In this document: one piece after another, positions 27,890 to 38,413 of the stretch | Position numbering within the stretch: position 1 is the stretch's first letter | Layout of the letters: every line of letters starts with the position of its first letter | Assembly: GCA_913060505.1 (NCBI GenBank) | Contig: CAJXRQ010000013.1 | Span: 4,162-68,161 of the forward strand | Length of the DNA stretch: 64,000 bases | From: an uncultured Desulfovibrio sp. | Lineage (GTDB): Bacteria > Desulfobacterota > Desulfovibrionia > Desulfovibrionales > Desulfovibrionaceae | Direction of reading: 5' to 3' | Made by a program: the position numbers and the translations under genes | Notes under the pieces: model-generated | Database searches by the model: none | Told to the model about the DNA's origin: nothing | Seen by the model: only the letters and a program-made list of their open reading frames with translations

Positions 27890-28618
27890 ATGTTTCGCGC
27901 CATTTTCTTTTTCCTTTTGCTCATACCGCTCACGGTTTATTATAGCTGGTTGCAATCCCGTATGGGAGAAGACTGTACCTCCGAGGAGCAGAACGGCCCC
28001 GGAAAAAAATGGGCCCGTATCCTGCTGAACATCGCCGGGATCAAGATAGACGCCGACCTTTCGGCAATAGATTCCCACGGGCATTATGTTTTCATTGCCA
28101 ACCACCAGAGCCTTGTAGACATCCCTGTGCTGTTCAAGCTGCTTTGGGACAACAACATCCGCTTCGTGGCCAAAAAAAGCCTGTTCGAGGTGCCGGTGTA
28201 CGGTCCGGCATTGGGAAAGGCCGGACATATCTGTGTTGACCGCAGCAACCGGCGTGCGGCCATGAAAAGCATAGCTGACGCGGTAGAACGCATCAAAAGC
28301 GGTATTTCACCGCTCATTTTCCCGGAAGGGACTCGCAACGTAAATCTCGAAAAATTGATGGATTTCAAAACCGGCGGCATGATAATAGCCCTCAAAAGCG
28401 GTCTGCCGGTGGTTCCCATTGTGCTGGCTAACACAGGCGTGGTGTTACCCAAGGGCAAACTGTGGGTTAGCAATAAGCACACCGTTAAAGTCAAAGCCCT
28501 GCCCCCCATCGATCCTTCGACCTACACGCTCAAGGAACGTGACAAGCTTAAGGAAGACCTGTACGCCATGATGAATGAGGAATACCGCAAACTGATGGCC
28601 GAGGTGAACAATGGCTGA
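27890..28618 (+). CDS. plsC: 1-acyl-sn-glycerol-3-phosphate acyltransferase
   Basis: NHQSLVD, FVAKKSLF, FPEGTR. Confidence 0.9.
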   Translation: MFRAIFFFLLLIPLTVYYSWLQSRMGEDCTSEEQNGPGKKWARILLNIAGIKIDADLSAIDSHGHYVFIANHQSLVDIPVLFKLLWDNNIRFVAKKSLFEVPVYGPALGKAGHICVDRSNRRAAMKSIADAVERIKSGISPLIFPEGTRNVNLEKLMDFKTGGMIIALKSGLPVVPIVLANTGVVLPKGKLWVSNKHTVKVKALPPIDPSTYTLKERDKLKEDLYAMMNEEYRKLMAEVNNG

Positions 28619-30266
28619 CAAGGCGGAGCTAACTATTTCCCCGTTGGGAGGTCTCGGCGAAATCGGCATGAACTGCATGCTCTACGAGACCGGCAAATCC
28701 CTTGCCATGGTCGACTGTGGGCTCATGTTCCCGGACGATGCCTTGTACGGTGTGGACGTCGTCATCCCCTGCTTTGATTCCGTCATTGAAAACAAGAGCA
28801 AGCTTGAGGGCATTGTCCTCACTCATGGACACGAAGACCATATCGGAGCACTGCCCTGGTTGCTTCAGCATGTGGATGTTCCCGTATACGGCTCGGAATT
28901 CACCCTGGGATTGGTGGAAAACAAACTCAAGGAACACAATCTGGATCGTTATGCGGACCTTCGTCCGGTTACAGCCACGGACACCGTGGTCATGGGCGAT
29001 TTCAAATTTCATTTCTTCCCGGTCTGCCACTCCATTATCGAGGGATATGGACTGGGCATCGAAACGCCGATCGGCCGCATAGTCCATACCGGAGATTTCA
29101 AGATCGACCGCAACCCGTTGAACGGGCATGCCACAGACCTCCAGGCTTTCCGCCGCTTCTCGGCACCGGGGGTAAAACTCATGCTTTCGGACTCCACCAA
29201 TGTGGAGCGCGACGGTTTTTCCCTTACCGAGCGGGAAATCAAATCCAGCCTGCGCGAGGTCTTCAACAAGGCCCGGGGGCGTATACTGGTGTCCCTGTTC
29301 TCCAGCCACATCCAACGAATTCAGGAAGTCTTCGACATCGCCGAAGCCTGCAACCGCAAAGTAGCCGTCAGTGGCAGGAGCCTGATTCGAAATATTGAAT
29401 TTGCAAAGGAAATGGGCCATCTGCGCGTGCCTTCCAGCACGTATATTCCCATAGATGCGGTGGACGATTACCCGGACGAACGCATCGTCATGTTAGTCAC
29501 CGGCTCTCAAGGCGAACCATTGGCAGCGCTTTCGCGTATAGCTTCGGACGAACACCGTCAACTCAATGTGCATGAAGGCGACCTCGTACTGCTCTCCTCG
29601 CGTTTCATTCCGGGCAACGTCAAAGCCATCACCAAGGTCATCAACAACCTGTACCGCCTTGGCGCGGAAGTGGTTTATGAAAAGGTCCGGGGTATCCACG
29701 CCTCAGGGCACGCCCACAGTGAAGAACTGCGCATCATGTTCGAAACGGTCAAACCCAAGTTTTTCATCCCGGTCCACGGCGAATACCGGCATCTGGTCAA
29801 ACACAGACGCCTGGCCATAGAATGTGGTGTTGCTCCGGAACGAGCGCTGGTGATAGAAAACGGCCAACCGGTTACGTTCCTTGAAGACGGCATCCGAATG
29901 GAAAACCCCATTGGCGCGGAACATATTCTCGTGGACGGCAAGGGCGTCGGCGACGTTGGACAGACGGTGCTTAAGGAGCGGCAACTCCTTGCCGGCCAAG
30001 GCATCATGATCGTTTTACTGGTGGTGGACGAAGCAACCGGTGAAATTTCCATAGGCCCGGACATCGTCACCAAGGGATTTGTATTCGAACAACAGTATGC
30101 TCACTTCATTGAGGATGCCAAATGTATCGTGCTGGACGTGTTTGAAAATATTCCACCGGGCGAAACAAAACGCCTCAAGGAACGAATCCGTTCGGCCCTG
30201 CGCAGATTCTTCCGTAAAATACTGGATCGCGACCCCGTTGTTGTGCCGCTGGTCATTACCATATAA
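28611..30266 (+). CDS. rnj: Ribonuclease J
   Basis: [55 protein letters not shown]. Confidence 0.96.
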   Translation: MADKAELTISPLGGLGEIGMNCMLYETGKSLAMVDCGLMFPDDALYGVDVVIPCFDSVIENKSKLEGIVLTHGHEDHIGALPWLLQHVDVPVYGSEFTLGLVENKLKEHNLDRYADLRPVTATDTVVMGDFKFHFFPVCHSIIEGYGLGIETPIGRIVHTGDFKIDRNPLNGHATDLQAFRRFSAPGVKLMLSDSTNVERDGFSLTEREIKSSLREVFNKARGRILVSLFSSHIQRIQEVFDIAEACNRKVAVSGRSLIRNIEFAKEMGHLRVPSSTYIPIDAVDDYPDERIVMLVTGSQGEPLAALSRIASDEHRQLNVHEGDLVLLSSRFIPGNVKAITKVINNLYRLGAEVVYEKVRGIHASGHAHSEELRIMFETVKPKFFIPVHGEYRHLVKHRRLAIECGVAPERALVIENGQPVTFLEDGIRMENPIGAEHILVDGKGVGDVGQTVLKERQLLAGQGIMIVLLVVDEATGEISIGPDIVTKGFVFEQQYAHFIEDAKCIVLDVFENIPPGETKRLKERIRSALRRFFRKILDRDPVVVPLVITI

Positions 30267-30379
30267 ATATCATTTTTCGGACGCCACGCCCCTTCCGCGC
30301 GAACAGGGCGTGGTTTCCGCAACATACTTTTCTCTTGCCTTGTGTCGATACATCCGGTACAAGACCCCGACTCAAAATT

Positions 30380-30450
30380 CACACATTCCGTGCGAACTCC
30401 GGGTGCCCGAACTGTTTCGGGTGTGATTTTCTGGAGACGGAATGGAGGAA
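30380..30450 (+). promoter_or_regulatory. rpsB (S2) leader, autoregulatory RNA structure
   Basis: CACACATTCCG...GGGTG...CGGAATGGAG; CATTCCG/CGGAATG closing stem with inner CCCGAA/TTCGGG hairpin just upstream of rpsB. Confidence 0.65.
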
Positions 30451-30466
30451 AAACCCAGGAGGAATA

Positions 30467-31276
30467 ATGGCTTACGCAACAATGAAAGAGATGCTGGAAA
30501 CCGGCGTCCACTTTGGCCACCAGACCCGCCGCTGGAACCCCAAAATGCGCCCCTTCATCTTCGGCGCTCGCAACGGCATCCATATCATCGACCTGCAGCA
30601 GACCGTGAAGATGTTCCGCACTGCGCACGACTTCATCTCCGACAAGGTCGCTGAAGGCGGTAAAGTGCTGTTCATCGGCACCAAGCGCCAGGCTCAGGAG
30701 TCCGTTTCCCAGGAAGCTGCCCGCAGCGGCATGTTCTTCGTCACCCACCGTTGGATGGGTGGTACCCTGACCAACTTCCAGACCATCAAGCGCTCCATCG
30801 AACGCCTGAAAAAGCTGGAAGAAATGTTTGAAGACGGTTCCATCAGCAAATTCCCCAAAAAGGAAATCGTGCAGATGAACCGCGAGGTCAAAAAGCTGAA
30901 CCTCGCTCTGGGCGGCATCAAGGACATGACCAAGCCCCCGGCGGTCGCTTTTGTCGTAGACCCCAAGCGTGAACACATCGCCATTCAGGAATGCCGCAAA
31001 CTGGGCATCCCCGTAGTGGCTGTCACTGACACCAACTGCGACCCCGACGTGATCGATTACATCATTCCGGGCAACGATGATGCCATCCGCGCCATCAAGC
31101 TGTTCGCAACCCATATTGCTGACGCCTGCCTCGAAGGCGCTGCCCGGGCCAAGGACGTTGCCGAGGAAGCCAAAGCCGCCAAGAAGGCCGAAGCCGCAGC
31201 TCCGAAAAAAGAGGCTGCTCCCAAGGAAGAGGCTCCCAAAGCTGAAGAGAAGACCGAAGAAGCCGCTGAGGCGTAA
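30467..31276 (+). CDS. rpsB: 30S ribosomal protein S2
   Basis: [39 protein letters not shown]; ATG 30467 with AGGAGG. Confidence 0.99.
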   Translation: MAYATMKEMLETGVHFGHQTRRWNPKMRPFIFGARNGIHIIDLQQTVKMFRTAHDFISDKVAEGGKVLFIGTKRQAQESVSQEAARSGMFFVTHRWMGGTLTNFQTIKRSIERLKKLEEMFEDGSISKFPKKEIVQMNREVKKLNLALGGIKDMTKPPAVAFVVDPKREHIAIQECRKLGIPVVAVTDTNCDPDVIDYIIPGNDDAIRAIKLFATHIADACLEGAARAKDVAEEAKAAKKAEAAAPKKEAAPKEEAPKAEEKTEEAAEA

Positions 31277-31308
31277 TCAAGATAATACCGGGTTCCTGGA
31301 GGAATATA

Positions 31309-32118
31309 ATGGCTATCACAGCTGCTATGGTTAAGGAACTGCGCGAGAAAACCGGCGCAGGAATGATGGACTGCAAGAAAGCTCTGGTGGAAAGCGACGG
31401 CGATCACGAAAAAGCCGTTGTCTATCTGCGTGAGAAAGGCCTTGCCAAGGCCGCCAAAAAAGCTGGCCGCGCCACCTCTGAAGGTGTTGTCGGCAGCTTC
31501 GTTTCCGCTGACGGAAAAACCGGCGCACTGGTCGAACTCAAGTGCGAAACCGACTTCGTGGCGAAAAACGAAGATTTCCAGGCTTTTGCAGCCGACTTGG
31601 CTAAAAAGGTCGCTGAAATGGACGTAACCTCCGGTTCTGCTGAAGACCTCGGCGACGCTGCTGACGTGACCGATCTCATCGCCAAGTTGGGCGAGAACAT
31701 GGGCGTCGGCCGCTACGCCAAGCTTTCCAGCGAAGGCAAATTGGGCCTTTACATCCACTCCAACAGCAAGATCGGCGTTCTCGTGGACATGACGGGTGGC
31801 GACGACCAGCTGGGCAAGGATGTGGCCATGCAGGTTGCCGCCGTCAATCCCGTATGCCTGGTTCCTGACGAATTGCCGCAGGATGCCCTGGAAAAGGAAA
31901 AGGCCATCTACCTGAAGCAGGCCATGGACGAAGGCAAGCCCGAGAACATCGCTGAAAAGATCGTCATTGGTCGCCTGAACAAATACTATAAGGAAGTCTG
32001 CCTGACTGAACAGCCGTTCATCAAGGAAGACAAGAAGAGCATCAAACAGTTGCTCAAAGAAAAAGACGCCAGCATCGGCGGTTTCGTCAGGCTGGCGCTT
32101 GGCGACGACGCCGAATAA
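31309..32118 (+). CDS. tsf: Elongation factor Ts
   Basis: VKELREKTGAGMMDCKKAL, CETDFVA. Confidence 0.99.
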   Translation: MAITAAMVKELREKTGAGMMDCKKALVESDGDHEKAVVYLREKGLAKAAKKAGRATSEGVVGSFVSADGKTGALVELKCETDFVAKNEDFQAFAADLAKKVAEMDVTSGSAEDLGDAADVTDLIAKLGENMGVGRYAKLSSEGKLGLYIHSNSKIGVLVDMTGGDDQLGKDVAMQVAAVNPVCLVPDELPQDALEKEKAIYLKQAMDEGKPENIAEKIVIGRLNKYYKEVCLTEQPFIKEDKKSIKQLLKEKDASIGGFVRLALGDDAE

Positions 32119-32124
32119 GAATAC

Positions 32125-32150
32125 AACGGGCCGCAAGGCCCGTTTTTTTT
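32125..32150 (+). terminator. Terminator after tsf
   Basis: AACGGGCC-GCAA-GGCCCGTT plus T-run. Confidence 0.88.
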
Positions 32151-32216
32151 GAACTTGAACGATCCGCCAGACCTCCAAGGCACGCGGAGCAAACTTATTG
32201 ACAGACAGGTGAAAGT

Positions 32217-32939
32217 ATGGACAAAATGCGGTTTTCGCGGGTATTGATCAAACTGAGCGGAGAAGCGCTTGCCGGTGAGCAACAGTTCGGAATCGAGCCT
32301 CAAGCCATCGGCCAGTTTTGCAAGGAAATCGCGGAAGTTGCGGCATCCGGAGTCCAGATAGCTCTGGTCATCGGCGGCGGCAATATCTTCCGGGGACTTT
32401 CTGCAAGCGCAAAGGGCATGGACCGCGCTCAGGCTGATTACATGGGTATGCTGGCAACAGTCATGAACGCATTGGCCGTGCAGGACGCCTTGGAAAATCA
32501 TGGGTGCCAGACCCGCGTAATGACAGCCTTCGATATGAAGGAAGTCGCTGAACCGTATATCCGCAGGCGCGCTGTCCGCCACCTTGAAAAGGGACGTGTG
32601 GTTATCTGCGCCGCGGGTACCGGCAACCCGTACTTCACCACGGATTCCGCTGCTGCCCTGAGGGCGCTGGAACTCAAATGCGAGGCCATCCTCAAGGCAA
32701 CCAAAGTGGACGGAGTGTATGACAAAGACCCCGTTAAGTTCGACGATGCCGTCAAGTACGACAACGTGACCTTCATCGAGGTACTGGAAAAACGTCTGGG
32801 AGTCATGGACTCCACTGCCATTTCCATGGCCAGGGACAATGATCTGCCGATCATCGTTTTCAACCTGTTCAAGGAAGGCAATATGCTCAAGGTCACCAGC
32901 GGCGAGAACATTGGAACGATCGTTCAAGGAGGAGACTAG
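32217..32939 (+). CDS. pyrH: UMP kinase
   Basis: [32 protein letters not shown]. Confidence 0.98.
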   Translation: MDKMRFSRVLIKLSGEALAGEQQFGIEPQAIGQFCKEIAEVAASGVQIALVIGGGNIFRGLSASAKGMDRAQADYMGMLATVMNALAVQDALENHGCQTRVMTAFDMKEVAEPYIRRRAVRHLEKGRVVICAAGTGNPYFTTDSAAALRALELKCEAILKATKVDGVYDKDPVKFDDAVKYDNVTFIEVLEKRLGVMDSTAISMARDNDLPIIVFNLFKEGNMLKVTSGENIGTIVQGGD

Positions 32940-32940
32940 A

Positions 32941-33495
32941 ATGCAGTCGGTTCTCAATAACGGCAAAAAACGCATGGAAGGCGCACTGGGCGCACAGGAT
33001 AAAGAGTTTGCAAAGCTCCGCACCGGCAGGGCCAGTGCTTCGCTCGTGGAAGGAATCGAAGTGGATTACTACGGCACGGTGACCCCGCTCAACCAGCTGG
33101 CCTCCGTTTCGGTACCGGATTCCCGCACCCTGACCATCCAGCCTTGGGACAAAGGCGCTTTCGGCGATGTCGAAAAAGCCATCCAAAAGTCCGATCTGGG
33201 CCTCAATCCGGTCAACGACGGTAAAATTATCCGCATCAGCATTCCGCCCCTGACAGAAGAGCGCCGCAAGGAGCTGGTCAAGGTGGCCAAGAAATACACT
33301 GAGGAAGCCAAGGTTGCCGTTCGCAATATCCGTCGAGACCTGAACGAAACCCTCAAGAAAATGGAAAAAGACAAGGATATTACCGAGGACGACCTGCGCA
33401 AGGGACAAGACGACGTGCAGAAGCTGACCGATGACTATGTCAAGCAAGCCGACGCCGCCCTGGATGCCAAAGAAAAGGAAATTCTCGAAATCTGA
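32941..33495 (+). CDS. frr: Ribosome recycling factor
   Basis: [25 protein letters not shown]; ATG 32941 with GGAGG. Confidence 0.98.
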   Translation: MQSVLNNGKKRMEGALGAQDKEFAKLRTGRASASLVEGIEVDYYGTVTPLNQLASVSVPDSRTLTIQPWDKGAFGDVEKAIQKSDLGLNPVNDGKIIRISIPPLTEERRKELVKVAKKYTEEAKVAVRNIRRDLNETLKKMEKDKDITEDDLRKGQDDVQKLTDDYVKQADAALDAKEKEILEI

Positions 33496-34223
33496 TGACC
33501 GCCACAACCGGAAATATCCCGGCACACATTGCCATCATCATGGACGGCAACGGACGCTGGGCGACACAACGCGGGCTGCCAAGGACCAAAGGCCACAAGG
33601 CCGGGACCAAAGCGGCCCGCGCTATTGTAGTACACAGCCGGGAGCTTGGTGTCCGACACCTGACGCTGTATACCTTTTCCAAGGAAAACTGGTCGCGTCC
33701 CAAGGAAGAGGTTGGAACGCTTTTCGATCTCCTGATCTCTTTCCTCAGAAACGAGCAAAAACTCCTGCTGGAAAAGGACATCCAGCTCAGGGTTCTCGGC
33801 GATCTTGACGGTCTGCCCCTTGCCGTGCGTACCGCGCTCAAACGGGTTATTGCAGCCACAGACAAGTGCTCGTCCATGACGCTGAACCTGGCACTGAACT
33901 ACGGCGGCCGTGACGAAATCGTACGCGCCTGCAAAAAAATTGTTGAGCAAGGCATACCTGCAGAAGAGATTAGCGATGAAACATTTGCACAATCCCTCTA
34001 TACGGCAGGCCAACCCGACCCTGATCTTGTCATCCGCACCAGTGGTGAAATCCGAATCTCCAATTATCTTCTTTTCCAGACCGCCTATTCCGAGTTCCAT
34101 TTTACGGAAGTGCTCTGGCCGGACTTCACCCCTGACCATCTGGACGCGGCCATTGAAGACCTCAATTCCCGCCAGCGACGCTTTGGCAAGACCGGCCAGC
34201 AACTTGAAGACGAAGAAAAATAG
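33495..34223 (+). CDS. uppS: Undecaprenyl diphosphate synthase
   Basis: HIAIIMDGNGRWA, FSKENWSRP, IRTSGEIRISNYL. Confidence 0.97.
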   Translation: MTATTGNIPAHIAIIMDGNGRWATQRGLPRTKGHKAGTKAARAIVVHSRELGVRHLTLYTFSKENWSRPKEEVGTLFDLLISFLRNEQKLLLEKDIQLRVLGDLDGLPLAVRTALKRVIAATDKCSSMTLNLALNYGGRDEIVRACKKIVEQGIPAEEISDETFAQSLYTAGQPDPDLVIRTSGEIRISNYLLFQTAYSEFHFTEVLWPDFTPDHLDAAIEDLNSRQRRFGKTGQQLEDEEK

Positions 34224-34321
34224 TTTGGCCGGAAGCATGGTTGCCGCGATCGTCCGAATACTTTATTAAGAATGAATTCAAGCAACAGGCGGGATTACCC
34301 GGCAAAGCATACAGGAATGAT

Positions 34322-35128
34322 ATGGACCTTTCCGCAAATCGGACTCGCGTGACAACCGGACTGTCTCTGGCTGTAATTCCCCTGCTGGCCATCGCTCTGC
34401 AAGGCTGGTTTCTTTTCATCATTCTTGCCCTGTTCTGCATCCTTGCCCAGTGGGAATTCCATGGCCTTTTCAAGACCGTTGGACCAGGCGCGTTCCACAA
34501 AATACTGACCGTTTTGTGCACCTTCTTCCTTTTGCTGTGCTTCAAGATGGGAAGCAACACGTGGGTTTTGCTGACATTCATGGCCGGATTCTGGGCGGTA
34601 TGCATGACCTTCCTCTTCCGATACGGCAAGAGTCCTGAAACAACGGATTTCCGTACACCCATGATCTTTCTTTGCGGTTTGATCTATATCCCCTTCAATT
34701 TCCACTTCTTCATGAATTTCAACCGGGCCGAGCTTTTTCTTGTGCTCCTGGCCGCCGTTGTCACGGATACCGCTGCATTTTATGTCGGAACCGCATTCGG
34801 CAAACGCAAGATATGGCCTTCGGTCAGTCCAAAAAAATCATGGGCTGGAAGCATTGGCGGCCTTGTGGCCTGTATGGTCATGACAACACTCATGGGACTT
34901 GGGTTCGGCCAAGGCCCCACATGGGCATGGCCACTTTTGGGAGCCGGGTTGAATATAGCCGCACAATTGGGCGATTTTTTTGAATCGGCGCTGAAACGGG
35001 CCTTGTCCGTCAAGGACTCGGGAACAATCCTCCCCGGACACGGTGGCTTGCTTGACCGTGTGGACAGCCTGCTTCTGGTGGTTCCGGTTTATGCCCTGCT
35101 GCACACACTCCACCCGTTCTTCGGGTAA
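34322..35128 (+). CDS. cdsA: Phosphatidate cytidylyltransferase
   Basis: SPKKSW, GDFFESALKR, KDSGTILPGHGGLLDRVDS; start approximate. Confidence 0.95.
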   Translation: MDLSANRTRVTTGLSLAVIPLLAIALQGWFLFIILALFCILAQWEFHGLFKTVGPGAFHKILTVLCTFFLLLCFKMGSNTWVLLTFMAGFWAVCMTFLFRYGKSPETTDFRTPMIFLCGLIYIPFNFHFFMNFNRAELFLVLLAAVVTDTAAFYVGTAFGKRKIWPSVSPKKSWAGSIGGLVACMVMTTLMGLGFGQGPTWAWPLLGAGLNIAAQLGDFFESALKRALSVKDSGTILPGHGGLLDRVDSLLLVVPVYALLHTLHPFFG

Positions 35129-35152
35129 TCGTCTAATAGAACAGGATTTACC

Positions 35153-36364
35153 GTGAAAACCTATATCTCCTCGTGGCCTTCTTCCAACAACATGCCGGGG
35201 TGGCCCCGAAAGGTGGTCCTTCTGGGCAGCACCGGATCCATTGGGGCCAGTGCTCTGGACGTCATAGGCCAACATAAGGATCTTTTCAGCGTCACGGCCC
35301 TTGCAGGTGCCACTAACGCACCACTCCTTGCCGAACAGGCCGAACGCTTTCGCCCCCCCTTTCTCGCCGTGCTCACGGATGAAGTTGCACGAGAACTGAA
35401 ATCCCTGCTGCCGTCGGGGTATACACCGGAAATCCTCACCGGGCCGGAAGCATATGTAACGCTGGCCGAGCTCGAACAGGCCGACATGGTCCTCTCCTCA
35501 ATTGTTGGCGCGGCAGGTTTTCTGCCGACGCTGGCAGCGGCAAAGGCCGGCAAGGCCATTGCGCTGGCCAATAAGGAATCCCTCGTATTGGGCGGACACC
35601 TGATCCGTGCAGCCTGCAAAGCATCCGGCGCCATCGTGCTGCCGGTGGATTCCGAACACAATGCTCTTTTTCAGGGACTCATGGGACACAACAGCGATAA
35701 TGAACTCAAAAAACTCATTCTTACGGCTTCTGGAGGTCCATTCCGCGGTAAGGATTCAGCATTTTTAAGCACAGTCACCCGCGATCAGGCCCTCGCACAC
35801 CCCAATTGGAGCATGGGAGCCAAAGTCTCCATTGATTCTTCCACACTCATGAACAAGGGGCTGGAAGTCATTGAGGCTTGTCATCTCTACGGACTGCCAG
35901 TTGAGCAGGTTGACGTGGTGGTCCACCCGCAAAGTATTGTCCACTCGCTGGTAGAATATGTGGACGGCTCCCAAATCGCGCATTTGGGCGTACCGGATAT
36001 GCGTATCCCCATCGCCCACTGCCTGTGCTTTCCCAAACGGGTTCCTCTTGCCATGCCCAGCCTGAGCCTGGCCGAAGTCGGCAACCTGACATTCGAAAAA
36101 CCGGATGTCGAAGCGTTTCCCTGTCTGCGATTGGCAAAAGACGCCTTTGCAAACGGGCCTGCCCACGCCATTGTCCTCAATGCGGCCAATGAGGTAGCTG
36201 TCGAGCTTTTCCTCAAGGAACAAATCCGGTACATGGATATACCAGCGATAATTGAAAAAGCACTGGAATCTGTCAACACATGCGAAGTGAATGACGCCGA
36301 ATGTGTGCTGGCCCTTGATAGGGACGCACGAAGAAAGGCTCTGGAAACCACTATCCGCAATTGA
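35153..36364 (+). CDS. dxr: 1-deoxy-D-xylulose-5-phosphate reductoisomerase
   Basis: LGSTGSIG, LANKESLV, PVDSEH, HPNWSMGAK, NKGLEVIEA. Confidence 0.98.
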   Translation: MKTYISSWPSSNNMPGWPRKVVLLGSTGSIGASALDVIGQHKDLFSVTALAGATNAPLLAEQAERFRPPFLAVLTDEVARELKSLLPSGYTPEILTGPEAYVTLAELEQADMVLSSIVGAAGFLPTLAAAKAGKAIALANKESLVLGGHLIRAACKASGAIVLPVDSEHNALFQGLMGHNSDNELKKLILTASGGPFRGKDSAFLSTVTRDQALAHPNWSMGAKVSIDSSTLMNKGLEVIEACHLYGLPVEQVDVVVHPQSIVHSLVEYVDGSQIAHLGVPDMRIPIAHCLCFPKRVPLAMPSLSLAEVGNLTFEKPDVEAFPCLRLAKDAFANGPAHAIVLNAANEVAVELFLKEQIRYMDIPAIIEKALESVNTCEVNDAECVLALDRDARRKALETTIRN

Positions 36365-36479
36365 ACAACCAAACACATGACGATCTTTCGGCGGACAGCT
36401 AGCCTTTTCCTGAACAATGGTTATTATTCCGTAATCGGAGCAAAAAGACTGCTCCCAATGACGAACACGGAGAATACTT

Positions 36480-37541
36480 TTGACGAGCATCATCGCAGTC
36501 ATCGTCGTCCTCGGCGGCCTCATATTTTTTCATGAACTTGGCCACTTCTCGGTAGCCCGGCTTCTGGGAATGGGAGTGAAGTCCTTTTCCCTCGGCTTTG
36601 GGCCAAGACTTTTCAGTTTCCATTCCGGCAATACCGAGTATCGCCTTTCCGCCCTTCCTCTGGGGGGCTATGTACAACTGGCCGGGGAGTCCGGAGACCC
36701 TGAAGAGGACGATCTTTTTCCTGAAGACAAATTATTTTCCGCCCGTCCCCCATGGCAACGCATGCTGGTTGTTGCCGCAGGCCCGGTGTTCAACTTTCTG
36801 CTGGCCTTTTTGTGCTTCTGGGGGCTGCTCCTGGCTAACGGTGAGCTTGTCATGGCCCCTACTGTCGGCGAAGTCGTTTCAGACTCCCCCGCGCAGGTAG
36901 TAGGCATAAAAGCTGGTGATACAGTTTTGTCCATCAACGGACTCAAGGTCACCTATTGGCGCGACATGGTGGAGGAGATTCGCAAAGAAGGCGTTCGCAC
37001 TCTTGATATGGAAGTGGACCGTAACGGAACGATCCAACGCTTTTCCCTGACCGCACGCTACGAGACCCACAAAAATCTCTTTGGCGAAGACGTCAAAATT
37101 CCCATCGTGGGCGTCAAAGCATCGGGCGAAATGAAATCCATTCCCGTACAAGGCTCAGGATTTGTTCCTGCCCTTGCCCAGACATGGTATTCCATGAAGA
37201 TGGTTGTCATGGGCTTTGTGAAGCTGGCAGAACGCATCATCCCGCTCGACACTATCGGCGGCCCCATTTTCCTGATGCAGGCAGTACACGAAGGCACCAA
37301 GTCAGGACTCAGCGAACTTATTTACCTGACAGCCATCATCAGCATCAACCTCGGCATCATCAACCTGTTGCCCATCCCCGTACTTGACGGCGGACACATC
37401 GTTTATTTCACGCTGGAAATAATCATGCGCCGTCCGATCAATGATCGCTGGCGTGCCATTGCTACCCGCATCGGCATCATGTTCCTTCTCGCACTTATGA
37501 CACTGGCCATATACAATGACATCCGCAGATTGCTCTCATGA
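36480..37541 (+). CDS. rseP: RIP metalloprotease RseP
   Basis: HELGH, PLGGYV, AGPVFN, PDZ domain, NLLPIPVLDGG. Confidence 0.96.
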   Translation: MTSIIAVIVVLGGLIFFHELGHFSVARLLGMGVKSFSLGFGPRLFSFHSGNTEYRLSALPLGGYVQLAGESGDPEEDDLFPEDKLFSARPPWQRMLVVAAGPVFNFLLAFLCFWGLLLANGELVMAPTVGEVVSDSPAQVVGIKAGDTVLSINGLKVTYWRDMVEEIRKEGVRTLDMEVDRNGTIQRFSLTARYETHKNLFGEDVKIPIVGVKASGEMKSIPVQGSGFVPALAQTWYSMKMVVMGFVKLAERIIPLDTIGGPIFLMQAVHEGTKSGLSELIYLTAIISINLGIINLLPIPVLDGGHIVYFTLEIIMRRPINDRWRAIATRIGIMFLLALMTLAIYNDIRRLLS

Positions 37542-38301
37542 CGACATGGGCCTGACCCTGGTCCTGAATGGCTGTGAAGAACGCCTCCAATTCGTGCTTG
37601 GCAACGAAACCGATGGGCGAATCACTGTCTTGGCTTCCCGGCAATGGACAGTTCCCGGACAATCCGTAAAATTTCTGGTTCCGGGCATTGCTGAGACCAT
37701 GAGCGCTTTGGAGCTGCCTATGGAACGCATAAGCCGCATTGTCGCGGTTCGCGGTCCCGGCAGTTTTACGGGAATGCGTCTTGTGCTGGCCGCAGCCATG
37801 GGCCTTGCTGCCGGTAAAAACACTCCGGTAGCAGGGCTGGACTATTTGCCTTTGCTTGCCAGTGGTCCAGCCTCGCTGCTGGATGGGACTCTGCATGTAT
37901 TGACCTATGCACGCCGTGGACTGGTCTATATGCAAAGTTTTGTTGCCCCGGGCGGAACTCCCCAAGAATCCCCACAAGCTCTGACCATGGGAGAGGCATG
38001 TGCTCGCATTTGTAAGGGAGATCCCAACGCCACGCTCCTTGGCTCCGGGCTGCGCAAGAATCCTGAACACATGCAGGAACTCACTACCCAAATGCCCGGC
38101 TTGCAGATTCTCGATACCAGCTGGGACAATCCTTCCCCCGACATACTTTTACGGGCCGCTCTCAACACACATGCCGAACCGGGAGATATCGAACCTCTTT
38201 ACCTGAGAGCCTCGGATGCGGAAGATAACCTGCCAGGCATAGCGGCCAAACGGGGATTGGACCCCGAAGAAGCCCGCAAACGGCTGCATCAATATTCCTG
38301 A
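37516..38301 (+). CDS. tsaB: tRNA t6A37 modification protein TsaB
   Basis: RGPGSFTGMR, ARRGLVY, EPLYLR; start could be 37546. Confidence 0.9.
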   Translation: MTSADCSHDDMGLTLVLNGCEERLQFVLGNETDGRITVLASRQWTVPGQSVKFLVPGIAETMSALELPMERISRIVAVRGPGSFTGMRLVLAAAMGLAAGKNTPVAGLDYLPLLASGPASLLDGTLHVLTYARRGLVYMQSFVAPGGTPQESPQALTMGEACARICKGDPNATLLGSGLRKNPEHMQELTTQMPGLQILDTSWDNPSPDILLRAALNTHAEPGDIEPLYLRASDAEDNLPGIAAKRGLDPEEARKRLHQYS

Positions 38302-38413
38302 CCCATCGCTCCTCAACTCGACGCGCCATAAAAAAAGGCGCCCCCGAAGGACCGCCCTTTCGACGCGTCCGCACCCTGCCCGGTGCAACGCGGTTCCAAT
38401 GTCATGGTTTGTA

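Noticed and set aside
31150-31276. Ala/Lys/Glu repeat tail of RpsB
   Set aside because: Low-complexity S2 tails are common and unremarkable.
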